Shown: piece by piece, positions 50,693 to 64,000 of the stretch
How the letters are laid out: every line of letters starts with the position of its first letter
Numbering within the stretch: position 1 is the first letter of the stretch
Position numbers and translations under genes: made by a program
From: Lingula anatina
Lineage: Eukaryota > Animalia > Brachiopoda
NCBI GenBank assembly: GCA_051362555.1
Contig: CM120646.1
Span: 6,882,001 to 6,946,000, forward strand
Length of the DNA stretch: 64,000 nt
Direction: 5' to 3'
The notes under the pieces: generated by a model
Seen by the model: the letters and a program-made list of their open reading frames with translations, nothing else
What the model was told of the DNA's origin: nothing
The model's database searches: none

Positions 50693-53600
50693 TAAGCTTT
50701 CAAAATAGGTAAGAACTAGTATTTGTGACATGGTGCCTTTGGTAAAGAACGCTTATAAAAAGAGACACGTTCTACAGCAGTAGTATAGAATCTAGTCCTC
50801 CGTGTAATGTACCCTCGGTCACATCTATCTCCACACAGCTGTGCTCTCTCCGCTCTATTATCTCTCTTCGATCTGCTTGTAAATTTCATCTGGGGACAAC
50901 TAACTCAATAACCCAGCACCAAATTAAATGAATAATTCAATAGTCTGGGGTCCCGCGGGGAGGCTGAGAAAACTAAACGGAACTGCACTCGAGATGTTTA
51001 AATAAATTACAGGAGTAGTAATGATGGGCCTGAGGACGCTCTGGGAATTCTGGGTACAGAGTCGGTATAGGAAGTTAATACTGTGCTGGAATGTTGGCTA
51101 TCATGGAGCGCTTGAGTGATTTTATCAGAACTGCGTTTGTGTATATGTGTGTTCATATGCGTGTGTGCATACATGCGTGCGTGCGTGTGTCTGTGTTACT
51201 GCACCTGGGTAACTATGTATTTGTGCTAATGTACTAAAACGCGCAATGCATTGTACATGTACTGCTTGGGTTTGTGAGCATGTGCGTTTTTATTTGTTCT
51301 CTTCCTTGAGCGCCTTCCATCTTTGTCTGTCTGTCTGTGTGTCTGCCTGTCTGTCTGTCAGTATACGTGTGTGTGTGTGTGTGTGTGTGCATATACATGT
51401 ATGTGTGAGTAGGTGTGCTGATTACTTGTGTGTGTGCACTGTTGTATATATGTGCTTTTATGTGCTAAAGAAGCCTAAATATTAGTACCAGTTGGATGTT
51501 AGGTACATGTACATGAACAATTCTTTGCATCTTTTATAAGTGACAGTTTAGCTTTGGAACTTAAAACGATGCATCACATCACAATGATCAATGGAAGCAC
51601 CGTCGATCGCCTACGAAAAAGAAACCATTTGAGGAAGTTCCAACTCTCGAATTTTTGTTTGACGTCTCAAGATGTAATCAGTTGCTATGATATAACCAGT
51701 GACATTCACGTCCGGAAAAATTGGCAGAATTCTCAGTTAGAAAATGAAACCCAAACTCACGTAAATCAATTTCTTGGAAAAGTCGCAATTCTTCTTCCCT
51801 TTCAACATCGTTCATTTCACCACGAAAAGTTCACCCAGTCTTGTATATGAATGAAATAATCGATGCATCCATCTTAGATATTATTAAGCCATAGTGAAAT
51901 CCAGGGATAAGTAGGGATAGAAACTGACAACATCCTATTTTCTGTATATACTGTAAACTATGTTTTATAAGTGACAGTGCGTTGACGTCGTATCTAGTCG
52001 TGTTAACGGGGTAAAATTAGACTATTTTATAAACCATTAAGTCATCTAGCTTCTGCTAACGCTATTCACAGAATCAACCGTATTTCTGGGGCGAAACAAT
52101 TCCGCGGTCCCCTAAATGTTCCTATCGTATTGAAAATTTGCTAAATCATTTCGATAGAAGCGCTTTATGGGAATAAAATTGTAAATACTTCAGCGTTTAT
52201 GGAGACTTTTCCATTGGGACTGTATATAATTGAGGCACTCGCTTAACGTACATTATCCTACATGCTATAAGTAATCTTATTTACCGATCGTTTTTCCATT
52301 AATTATCTAGTATATCTGCATAACCTAAACGCGGTCCTTAATAACCCAATGTATATTTCTATACATTATCCATCTCGTTGTGAATGTAAATTCACAATGG
52401 GGTTTTTACACAAGTGCATTGTGGTACAATTAACTGAATTAATCATTTTTAAGTCCAACTTCTTTTTCTGTCAAGAAACGCAACCGAATTCCACGGACGA
52501 ATTCACCTACGTGTAGAGACGTACATACATGTTTAGTTGGTGATGTATAACTATTGAACCAAACTTATAATCAAAATTGGCTGAACCCTATGATAATAAA
52601 GTTACAAAAACAAAGATCTTAATCAACAACACAAAACAGTGAGTCTTACTCAGCAAATGTATATCAGCATTTGAGTACTGATCTTACTTCTAGTAATACA
52701 GTTAAATGTCATCAGTCATTACATAAACTCTACTGTATGTAGCAGTGCCTGCAATAACAACTGTACATGCAGCTGTTAAAATCAGAATTCCTTTCACTGT
52801 ACTTCATTCCCGAAAAAAAGGTGGGTGAGTTGTATAGACTGCCAAACATAAGAATAGAAACCACTACCATGTTACCTCATGTTTTGACGAAACTGTTGTA
52901 GTAAATAGATGCATTTTATATACCCCCATCAAGAAAGTTTTTATATCGTCAGAGTTGGTAAGTGAATGGACAATGAAGAAAATATTCAGGATAGGCATTT
53001 ATTATGGAGGCAAATATGTAATTTTAATTTAAATGGAATACGAGTTTTTCTTATATTTTACGAGAACTTTGCAAGCCTTTTTATCTTGGCAGAGGTCTGT
53101 GTTCTTGTAGTGCTCTCTGCTCTGAAACATTATTTTTTTGGGAAAAAACCTACCTGCAAGTTTGATTAATTGATTGTGAGTCTTCTTCCAAGCCAGTTCG
53201 TAACATCAGTGCCAGAAGCTGTATTTTAGGTTATCTTTCCCCGGGGATCAGTCCCGAATTATGAGATACTCGGTGTGGTGAAGGTTCCCCTTTTTATCGT
53301 AACATTCATCGACTCCGGATCAGCGCCTATGTTCAGCCGATTCCCGAGTCGATATCCGCGTCCGTTAGTTCTAAATGTGGTTCACAATTTTCCTTCCTTC
53401 CGTTTCCCAGGTTTGACACGCCTTTCTAGCGATATCTGTATGATTCGGCGAGGCTTAGATATTACAGTCATCCAGAGATCGTGTGGCCTTCACTGTGTTT
53501 CTTGGAAAATTAATATCACAGTTGCAAACAAGGATCATAATTCAGTCACGATAGGCTGCTTAGCCGAATAGTGACAACACATTTGTACGCTGAAGATGTT

Positions 53601-53947
53601 CCCTTGTTGACAACACATGGAAGCGTACATTTGGACACAAACAAATAAGAGGATGTCATGGACAATCTTCCGCTTAACGGTACGCTAGAGATAGCGTGAT
53701 CAACTTTGTATACGGTTGTTATCCAGTCTCGTATATTCAGACGCTGCTTTACCGTTTCCTGTTTTCAAAATTCCGACGAAACCCTTGTCAGTGACAATGC
53801 CTTGATTGGCTTATGCCTAAAAACCCGGGTAATTCTTGCCAGGAAGCACGAGCTTCTCTTTGGAGAGAATGGCCTTTTTTTCATCTGTCACCATCTATTC
53901 TAGCTGCTTCTCCGAGATCTCTATTTGCAAATCAAATGCATTCCTTA

Positions 53948-54191
53948 CAGGGGGATTCAAAAAAGCGAACACAGCTCATTGACAATTTCGAAAACAGCTC
54001 TTTGATTTCAGATGTCGTCAACGGGTCAATCTAACACACCTCGTCCTCTATCGGAAGAACCAATGCAATTTAGAAAACGAAAGCGTTCTTTTTTGTAAGC
54101 ATTCAAGCAACACTTCTAACATAAAACTGACTCAAATGATGTCTCTATCTAAGTAAAGCGTGTGCATAAAATCGACTTTCCAATCACCCTG
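53948..54191. mobile_element. Tc1/mariner-type MITE
   Basis: TA|CAGGGGGATTCAAAAAAG ... CTTTCCAATCACCCTG|TA: imperfect TIR with TA TSD. Confidence 0.65.
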
Positions 54192-54810
54192 TATGACAAG
54201 GATGCGCTCTTGCAGGCTTTATTAAGTCAGAATATGGATTATTAATTAGGCTGATTTCTATCAGGATTGGTTGGTTTAGGGATGAGATGATCAATTACCG
54301 TTATCTCATTGATATTTATATACCATGAAATCACAAGGGAAAGCGAGCGTTTTGGATGGGATACAAGTAGTGCATTGAAAAGTATACTTGTAGTTGAACG
54401 TTTACATTTCTTCCATGAACCACAAGAGGGGGCCCGCAGTTTTTACTGGTTCGTTTCTAAAACAAACATATATACTGTGAAAAATAATTATGTTTAAAGG
54501 TGACAAGTGATCGAACGAGTCCTTTAATTTAAAACAGTCCTTTAATAAAAACAGCGCCCAGTCTCGAACTATGAAATATAGCATAGTGATCATACATCAA
54601 ACCTACTGAAAGTGCTAGTGTTTTTTGGTAGCCTACAATAGAAGCTGCACTCTCTTGTTTTGTATTAAGAAATATATGATAGTGTTTACATCACATGCAC
54701 TAAAGAGAGCCAGTCTTTTTGGATTTTGAAACTTAAAAGCACAACATAATGTTTATGTATATCATAAGCGTAGCAGCCGGGGGTTGGGGGAAGATCCACC
54801 ATTTATTTGT

Positions 54811-54811
<1 letters not shown>

Positions 54812-54860
<49 letters not shown>
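54812..54860. repeat. (AAT)n microsatellite
   Basis: About 16 units; the source of the poly-Tyr in a spurious ORF. Confidence 0.95.
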
Positions 54861-54861
<1 letters not shown>

Positions 54862-55013
54862 TTTATTTGTTGGGCTTATGCAGAGCATGGAAAGCAAACC
54901 ATAACCACTACTTAAACAGGGCACCATTTTGTTGAATACCAAAAATAAAATGGATGTCGGTGCTTTGACATCTGTGCGATACCAGTGCTTGACAAAGGTA
55001 ATATTTTCCATAG

Positions 55014-55297
55014 CCCGCAATAAAACGCAGTAGATACTGCAGCGCAGTAGACTACTGCAATCATACTGCAAACATGCCTCAGAGCTGCTTCGAGTAGGGA
55101 GCTCATTAGCATATTTGAAACATGCTTCTATCATGCTGCTAATCTACTGCATTAATGCTCCTCCTCTGTACAACCCTATGTAAATTTTGAAGTAGAATTG
55201 CAGTAGGCTATACTGCATTTCTACTGCAAATATGCTCCACACCACTACTGCGTTAATGCTTCTTTGCTACTTCGATACTACTGCATTTTCGTGCGGG
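55014..55297. mobile_element. EnSpm/CACTA-type non-autonomous element (CCC...GGG termini, 2-bp TSD)
   Basis: AG|CCCGCAATAAAACGCAGTAG ... CTACTGCATTTTCGTGCGGG|AG (TIR 17/20). Many internal TACTGC/GCAGTA subterminal repeats in both orientations. Confidence 0.8.
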
Positions 55298-55380
55298 AGC
55301 TGCGTGTTTCTTTATGGTATGGTATCATGCAAACTCTTTTTTTAAGTCTGGGATCATTGATCAACAGAGTCATGTTCTTA

Positions 55381-55578
55381 GAGTGCATTCAGAAAAATGG
55401 ACTAACAGATCCGTGGATCAAAGGATCAAATATGGCCAACTCACTTGAATGCTTGTTGTGTAATCCCCGAGGGGAATCTATTCAGTGTCGTATCGGGAAA
55501 TAGGCGGGAAGGGTTTTTTTTTTGTACTTCGCCATATTTGATCCGCAGATCTGTTAGTGCGCTGTTCTGTATGCTCTC
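55381..55578. mobile_element. PIF/Harbinger-type (Tourist-like) MITE
   Basis: TTA|GAGTGCATTCAGAA..ACTAACAGATCCGTGGATCAAA ... TTTGATCCGCAGATCTGTTAGT..TTCTGTATGCTCTC|TTA: about 50-bp imperfect TIR with TTA TSD. Confidence 0.8.
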
Positions 55579-56280
55579 TTAGACCGTCTGGGGGAAATTG
55601 AGTTTGTATGAAAAGTCATCTTTATGGCATTAAGTGATCAGATATCAAATTGCAACCTTAGTTACAAGTAACAATTCACAAACGTTTATAAGCGGGACTA
55701 CGCAACCGTGTATGCCACATAGCCCTCGCTGACTAGGGGTCTATCTATTACACAGACGTTCATAAACGGTGCTACAGTGTAACAGAACCCAATGCTTAAC
55801 CACCGATTACTTTAGTGGATGGAAGATTTGTTGCGGGGAGGGGAAACAAGGGGAAAATTATGAAAATTCAAATTTTACTGCACTATATATGTTTGTAGGG
55901 CACAGGTATGAATTGATTGAAGTGGATTTGTTTAACCCCTTTGATCCTCCAATTGAGGTTTCAAATCAAAAGCATCCCTAGATATCGTTCCGGCAAAACA
56001 CTGTTCTGACTGATCTCATATGCAAGGCTTGCCGTGATTATGCGTATGTTCAATATGATTCTCCATTTTTGTTAGGTAATCCTTCTACTTCTAAAAAAAT
56101 ATAAATGAAAATCCAATTAACTGGGAGTAAATTCGATCTAGATTCCAAAAAATAATTTTGGATTCTAGTTTCGAGGGAATATTTTTCAATACGAATGATT
56201 CACAAGTGTATTATTGCGCACGTGGAAACAGCCTTAATCAGTAAATTGAATCTTTGTGATATGTGTTACTGGATAAAGTT

Positions 56281-56283
<3 letters not shown>

Positions 56284-56319
<36 letters not shown>
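56284..56319. repeat. (GA)n microsatellite
   Basis: Pure GA run. Confidence 0.95.
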
Positions 56320-56323
<4 letters not shown>

Positions 56324-59300
56324 CACAAGCCACTTTCTTAGTATTCTTCAAACCTTCTGACAAAGCTTACCCAGCGTATAATTAAATTAACAAATGGACA
56401 AATAAACCTGACAACTTGCAACACGCTACTGCGCTTTTATTCTATGTTCTAACATTCCATCTAAACAAAGACACAATTTCGAGCAGTCTCAAGTTAAGAC
56501 GCAGTTGTTTTAAACCGCTTTATTAAAAACTCGCAGACGACAGTGGGCACAGCAGTGTCCGAGAGCTTGAGTTAGCCATCACCATGGCGACGCAGTAGGG
56601 GTTGAGGTCAACAGACGGGTCAGTTGTCTATATCTGTCGCATCTTCCGCCTACAGACAGGGTTTTAATGGCCAGATGAAAATAGCCAGTATTTTTACAAA
56701 TATGATTCACGTTAATTATGTGAGTGTCATTAGAACATGCTGATCATTAAGATCCGCTAGACGCCTACGGATGAAAACCCGTTGAAATGTTAGATACTGA
56801 TGTACTGGTATCATAGCACGTCTGATTTAAGTTCATGTTATTTATGAATTAATGCTTTGTAGTACTTTTCTTTGATTATAGTATTTTCACTTGCACTTTT
56901 GGATCAAGAATTTTGTTCATTTACCATGTTAACACTAATAATAAAGATTAGAGGATTTAAGGTGGGGGGGTTGACTCCTGTTCCGTCTACTTTCCCACCG
57001 CCCCCCCCCCCCCCCCCCATTTCTGTATACAGTTACATTTAGCTTGGTCGCCAACATTTATTATAATATCTAAATGTCACATGGTATATATAATATAAAA
57101 AACATAAAGTATACAGCTCGTGAAGTTTAATACAGCTTGAGCTTTTTGTTTGGTTCGCCACTGGAAAAATATATCTACATTTGGAAAGAGTTAACCTTAG
57201 GGGGTATTCATTTTTATCATCATTTTCACAAGTCTGCAAACCGTATGCTGGCGAAGGGTGGTAAATCCTTCAATTTCTAAATTAAATATGAAAAACAAAC
57301 TATTCCCCTATATATATAATAGACCTACATAGTAGTTAGAGAGCCTTTAAATGTAGAAACATTTCTGTGCTCAATAAATTATTATTGTTATTATTAATGC
57401 CCTGTATGCATGCTTTTGAAGAAATGATAAAATTGGTGATCCAAATTGCTGCTAAAGGTCATTATTTTTACTCTTTGTAAACTTGTGAAGATGATAAAAC
57501 GGATTACTCCAAAAGTTGACAAGTATGTGGAAAATTCATTTGATCTAAGATATTTACTAAATCAATGAAAATCTGATAGTTATGCCAATACATGGAAAGA
57601 GAGATATAACGAAGAACAAAAATCGTTGTCGCATGATATTTGATACACTGATCTTAGCTGCAGTTCTTTCGCTGTAAGGCGCTGACTTGAGGACGCATAC
57701 CCTACCCATCCTCTACCAAGGCCACAAGGGTTTTTTTCATTATATATTTACAGATATTTCTCTGACTTAATCTGTGTATACTTCTGTTCTGTGCGTCCAC
57801 AAGGTTTTTTTTCACAGAAGTGATGTTATCACTCAACTGCCCTCTGGTTGAGAACGCACGTCATGCCGAATCAATACGCGTTACACACTGCAGCTATGAT
57901 ACCAGGCAAGTCTGCTGCCTGTATGACAAGCACGGCTGATTGATTCCTCTCGCTTCTAAGCTGAACTTCTAGTGTCGGATTAGCCGCAGCTCTAGGCGGT
58001 AGATGATTTGTAGACTAATTATGCTCGAGTAAGTGGTCAGTCGAGGGGGATCGGATCCTAATACCCCTCTTAATCAGAATATGAAGTGTTTGTAGACTAT
58101 GCACCCTGTGAGTCGAGGCAGAAATATACGGAGGCTCTGAAATGTGTCAGTAATGGTTGGTCACTGAATCAACATGATTTCATCACCACTTACCGCTAAC
58201 CACTTGTTACTTACTTCTCTAACCTAACAGTAAGCAATCAAGGTTTCTAAACATTATAGGCGCATACTAGACCTGATTGTCGCTAGAATAGTCTCACGTC
58301 GTTCCTTTATCTTCAACGTGAAAACCAGGGTGAACCGTCGCCGAAAGCTGGGCCACGCGTCAGTTAAATAAGGATCAGCGTGACGCACGGAGAAAGTCGC
58401 TTCCACATACTTAAACACGAGACGAGATTCAAATATTTCGGTTTAATTTTTTTTTTTTTTTTGGCTGAAAGGCATACTGTGTTTTTTTTCTCAGACAATA
58501 ATTTCCTGATGTTTTCGAGGAAAAGGTTTGCTTCTTCTCTTTGCTTATTTGACGGCGTTGATAGACACATATTAATATTGACGTTATTTAAGATGGATAA
58601 AACACCCGATTACGTTCTACATATACTTGATGCGTTCATTTGCAAAAAATGAAGACTGGTATATGGTTTGAAAAAATAACAAAAATGTTTTAATAATAAT
58701 AATAATAATAATAATGTGTTATTATTATTGTTAATTCTAGAAATTAAATCTCGATTAAAAATAATTTGCGCAGCTGTTATAAAATCCTGCATTAGACGGT
58801 GATCCTCGCGATGTCCATTGGTCACAGTATGGCCAAGATGACCGTCAGTGGGCAGATATTCAAATTTATTATGAATATTCACCTCAGTTAAGCATCTACA
58901 TGTAAACTGAAAAAAGTACTCTGTCATCAATCCAAAGGAGTCAAATGAAATAATCAGTTCTTACATCTAACAACTAGCAGTGCAAATAACTGGTTACAAA
59001 TTATGATTTGTGTTGAAAGCAGCACGGTGCCTCGTTCCTCGTAAATAAGCTGAAAAACTTCTCAAGTTATGCTGCAAATTAGACAAATGCAAGTCGCGTT
59101 GAAACTCTTCCTTTTTGTACTATGTGAATAATGTTATCAAATTTTCTTTCAGTCGTCGAAGATAATCCTGTTCATCCTTCACTTCATTTTGTTGAAAAGA
59201 AAGTGCAGCTGGACCCTTTCATTGTGAACACTATATGCGGTCGATGGAGTTTCTCAGTGGGATTGTTTTAACTCGGCTTGAACTAAGCACCAAGATGAAA

Positions 59301-59363
59301 ACACCTGGGTTTGAATTAGAATCCCAAACATTTTCCTCCCTTCAGAGACATCTTCTAGATGTG

Positions 59364-59416
<53 letters not shown>

Positions 59417-62400
59417 TCCATGCATGCAGATGAAATATCAAATGTAACTCATTTCATAGAACGATAAACCACCGTTGTAGTATTTCTTTGTACCCTTTCT
59501 GTATCTTCTCTTGAAGTTTTAAGTTATAACGTTATTCTATAGAAAAATCAATATTCCAAGATCTTATGCAACACCAACCTGTTTATATTTTTTTCTTTAA
59601 GCCCTGGCCAGCGAAGTAATAAATAATGATCTTCCTTAGCGCCTGTCCATCGGGGGTTAGTAATTCCTCTCTTTCCTTTCAGTACGGTCATTAAGGTAAC
59701 ACCCATTAAATGATGAGTTAAGACAAGGGTTGCCGTGTTTATCCCTCGCGGACTGAAACGCATCTCTAATCACCCGTCACGCGATCTGATAATCTATAAG
59801 TCAGGTCTGAGAGCAAATTGATTGAAAAAAATTAGGCTTAAACTGAATCTCAAGTGTTTTCCAAATCAAAAATAGAGTGAAATAGGAAGCAGACCATTTT
59901 TGCTGATGAAAAGATCAAGTTCGTTCAGAGGTTTATGTTTTACCTGGCAAACGTGCGTATAGAAATGATCATCCGTGTAACATAATTAGAAGAGAATGGT
60001 GGATCATTCTTGTATCAAATATCCAAAAGCGATGCGCACACTTTCATCAACGATATTGCTAGACTTATGCTTGACAAATATGTTTCAGAGATATGAATAA
60101 TGATGCTACCTGTACATTCACATGAAAAACAACATCTTTCAGCCAAGTAAATGCTCTTTTAAGTTACAATTATTGAAGCAAAATGTTTCTAATGAAGAAA
60201 AAAACATATATATACATTACATTTGACCTAGTGTTAAATTTTTCTATGATGAGAAAAAGATAAAGAGAGAAAGTTTTATCCTTTTAAAAATACAGATTGC
60301 AATTTTTTGCGCAGTGTTTTTTTTTTTTTTTTTTGCGTCAAAAATTTGATAAGTAGACGTTAACAATATATATTTCCATGTTTAGATTTCCGTGTGAATA
60401 GAAAGACCTTATCTTACCTTAATTTTGTTACGTAATCTTAAAACCTATCCCACTTCTAAAATACACTGCATTTATAACTGAGATATTGAACACATTTTCA
60501 TATTTCCCGGCCAAACATTTTATATGAAATGATAAATAGCAAATTCCATAACCATAGGTTTTTGTTAAATTTAAATATTTTTGTTCACAACGTTGTTCAT
60601 AACGTTGGGGAAAATTTTGTGTCACATGGGGCATCTGAGGGTTAATATTTTGGGCATCTATTTTCATCAATAACAAATATCATGCGTGAATGTACAAAAT
60701 AAATTAATCCATAAACACGCGAAAAACTTATTTTTGCCTGAGGATGTGCTGCTTTTTATTATAATTTTAGGTGCAAGTGATTTGTAGAGTGACGGAGTAC
60801 GTGTTTTTGCAAAATAAGGGCTTCGATAATTTTGAAAACTGAAAAGAAATCTGTTTGAATATAATAAAAATAAAATTATTTTATATTTCTAAATCATTTT
60901 TAGTAAAAAAGGACACCATGACACAATTAAATCATAAGGGATAATTTCCACCACTGCATAACTTGGCAAAAACAAAACAAAAAAATGAAATTAATGATGG
61001 CGTGAACTGTGGGGATATTTTTGTGTTATTCAAAGCATTTTATCTCATAAGATAATTAACGTGTTAACCACGCCAGCTGCAATAACTAAGTAGAGCAATT
61101 TTGTCACTCTCAGATTTTATTCATGTCGAGGTGCACAATGGGAAGAAGTGTAATTTAGGTAAGTAGTTTATTTAACTTTGATTATGTAAAAGCTGCAAAT
61201 ATAAATTCTGGTTAAAAGCGTGATGAAAATAACGTTTCGCTATGATATCAGTATACTTACATCACATCTTTTTGTGAAATATGAGTTAGAGCACGGCCAC
61301 AAAGTTAGATCAACGGAGAAACTGAAATAAAAGACGGTAACCAAATGATGGTAATTTAAACCTCGCTTGTGCTTTCAATCGTTGCCAAGAAAAAATGACT
61401 GCCTGCGTGTCAGGCCAGAAAACACGCAACAACACGGCGGATGAATCACAAACTGTATGTGTCAAAGAGCTTACGTCTCCCCCGTCGAAGTATCACCGCG
61501 CTTTTCCCGTTCAGCCTCACCAGCTCTGTCTCAATTGAATCGTGATAGACTATCAAGCGCCGGTCTAGGTCTGTGGGCCAGCTACAGTGTACCAGCAGCC
61601 AGCGGTTGCTGTTTTTCCCTAGACCCAAATAACAGAGTAATGGGTAATTATACCTTGGTTACACTATACTGTATTATCTCTCCGCACCAACAGAAGTATT
61701 GACTGTCAAGGCAAACGTGTTTTTTCTTTGTTATTTTAAAAATAACAAGGCCACTTTGCAACCAAACTTACGTGGAAAACAGAACGTTATTCTCTACCAG
61801 AGCTCAGCTGACTGGTGACGTCAGTTCCACACATAAACAGTACAGTGTGCAGAAATACCAGAGACACATATCTGTGACTAATAATATTATAATAATATAT
61901 TTGCGTATTTCCAAATATTTCCAAATATATGTTCAGATACATGCACTGTTATTATTGAGAATGCTTTGATGGGCTACTGTAGTCAGGAGATCAGTAACTA
62001 ATTTTGTGCCACCATAATGAGAGAAAATTATCCCTCCGCCCCCCCCCCAAAAAAAAAAAAAAAAAAAAAAAAAAAAACGCAGCCTCAATTTTTTTAAAAG
62101 GAAAAGGATCCAAGATGAAGACGTGTCTACTTATCTTTTATGGGACATGTTTCAAAGGTAACTTGAAGACTGAATATTGGTCAAAAGTAAAAAAGGGTCT
62201 ACATTCATTAAGGTTGAATCGGGTAAGTTCATGAGTAATAAAGTAACTCTACCGTGAACGGGACTGTAGTGTCTTTTAATACAACAGGCGTGCTACTTCG
62301 TTCAGGTGGGATCCTTGCAAAGAGAACAAAAATTTAAAGGTAAGATCAAATTTAGAGAAGAGTTATTTTGTGGACTCATCGCTGTGGGCCTACTGGATTA

Positions 62401-63296
62401 TACAGAGCACATCAACACTGCGTTTTACATTTGATGCACTGCAACAAGCGAGTCTCAACCACGCTGCTCACCTAACACAGCTGATACTTTCTAATATAAA
62501 ATAGTTTAGAGCTAAAAAACGACACCATCAACATACTAGATTCTATCTTGGACATAATAACGTTATTATGCCCAAGATTCTACTTTATATTCACTCAGGA
62601 AAATGTAGCACATCTGCATATTTCGTAGAGAGGTAGGGCCTACTTACTGCATAATCAAGTTTATTGAAGCACGTAATTTTGTTGACTCATATTTCGAAGC
62701 GCGAAATGTAACCAACAACAAATATTAGCTGTTGTAGTCTTCTACATGTATACGGCTTGTTTATTGATTTAGAAGCAATGTAGAAGCATCCAGGATAATC
62801 TAACACGGACACACATAGCATATTGTCATGTATAGCTTACATATGAAAATTATAAGTCAGAAGATTAAGTCAATAATAATAAGGTGCAAAGAGAGTTGGT
62901 ATTTAACACGTAATTTAACCTTTCTGATAAACGGATTAACATAGGCAAAATTACAAAATGTGTTCTGTCTCTGGTCAGATCTTAAAAAGATAACGAGAGA
63001 TAAGTAAAAAATAAATTTATTTAATATATAAATTAATATACAGTATGATTATACAATATCATTGGAACCCACTGCACTGTGACAAAGCGCCTCTATGAAA
63101 AAAAATTAATAACCATCACATGAGCGTGTCCACTCATAACATAAGAATTTAGAGCAGCATCGTCAGATAAGATAAACCTATCAATTCAAATTATATAATA
63201 TTATGAATGTATCACGTATGTATGTTTTTATCAACGTATCATGCCAGTCGATAAGATATCTCTCGTCTTTAACAAAGCATACAAACAGTAATAACT

Positions 63297-63300
63297 AAAA

Positions 63301-63330
<30 letters not shown>
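63297..63330. repeat. (AAAT)n microsatellite
   Basis: About 8 units. Confidence 0.9.
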
Positions 63331-63334
<4 letters not shown>

Positions 63335-64000
63335 TATCCATATAAAATAGACCTCACTTGATGGTATCGATTGATCACAGGTGGTAAGTCTCTGTCAATG
63401 ACTCAATACATCAGCACGACATATCGCGTACATGGCTTAAATTCTATCACTATGGCAGGAATGTTATGAGCGTCAGGCGCAGTTGTTATCTCTGATTTTA
63501 GATATTGCCTTAAATTAAAGGTGTCCACCCCTTATATTACATTATTACTGTAATGTATTAATATAAAGAAAAAATACCAAGGATTTCGAAATGAAAAACA
63601 AATTTTGAAAAAAATAAACAATTAGACATATGAAGGACTAATCAGAGTCAGCAGTGTCTAACATGTAATGAAGAGCCTTTATTAGACCCATAAAACAGAC
63701 AACTTTATCAGGGCGTATAACTTTGGTGCACACAACAAATTTACAGCACGGTAATTGTGTGTGTTTTTGATGTAATGCCAACAGGAATCTAACGATATCA
63801 TTGAGTTTGACTGCCTTATCAGCACTGCTATATTCGTTCAGCTTTATATATCTGTATTTCCCAGGTCACTTCAGTGTTAAATTAGTCGCATATCTGGTCC
63901 CGCCATAACAACTAATACAAGTCAATGTTTGAGGAGTAAACATAAGACCATGTCACGTGACGAGGCTACGAAGTACGGGACATTTGATGAGGAAGACCAA

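Noticed and set aside
54494-54527. TTAA-AGG...CCT-TTAA as a tiny Kolobok-like element
   Set aside because: Only a 3-bp TIR; easily due to chance in AT-rich DNA.
1-64000. Hox-associated microRNAs (miR-10, miR-993), tRNA or rRNA genes
   Set aside because: I saw no matching mature sequences or full structures by eye; an Infernal or tRNAscan run would be needed to exclude them.

Overview
AT-rich animal genomic DNA from a spiralian (lophotrochozoan). The homeodomain matches my recollection of brachiopod Lingula Post1, which I could not verify by search. The window holds two host genes, arranged tail-to-tail. The first is the posterior Hox gene Post1 (+; exon 1 22717-23434, 13.8-kb intron, homeobox exon 37231-37484, about 323 aa). 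The second is the neural bHLH gene NSCL/NHLH (-; 41472-41822). No other Hox gene is visible. The most notable object is an intact 4.76-kb DNA transposon in the Post1 intron (26264-31021). It has 20-bp TIRs and no target-site duplication, apparently sitting in the middle of a TT^AA site. It carries about 11 copies of an ATGTACGTTAC motif, some as palindromes, and encodes an 828-aa DDD RNase-H-like transposase (Sola-like, not matching Sola1-3) with a C-terminal PHD finger. The rest is non-coding: MITEs with readable TIRs/TSDs, a degenerate tandem array, microsatellites and candidate enhancer clusters. Most short ORFs in the track look spurious.
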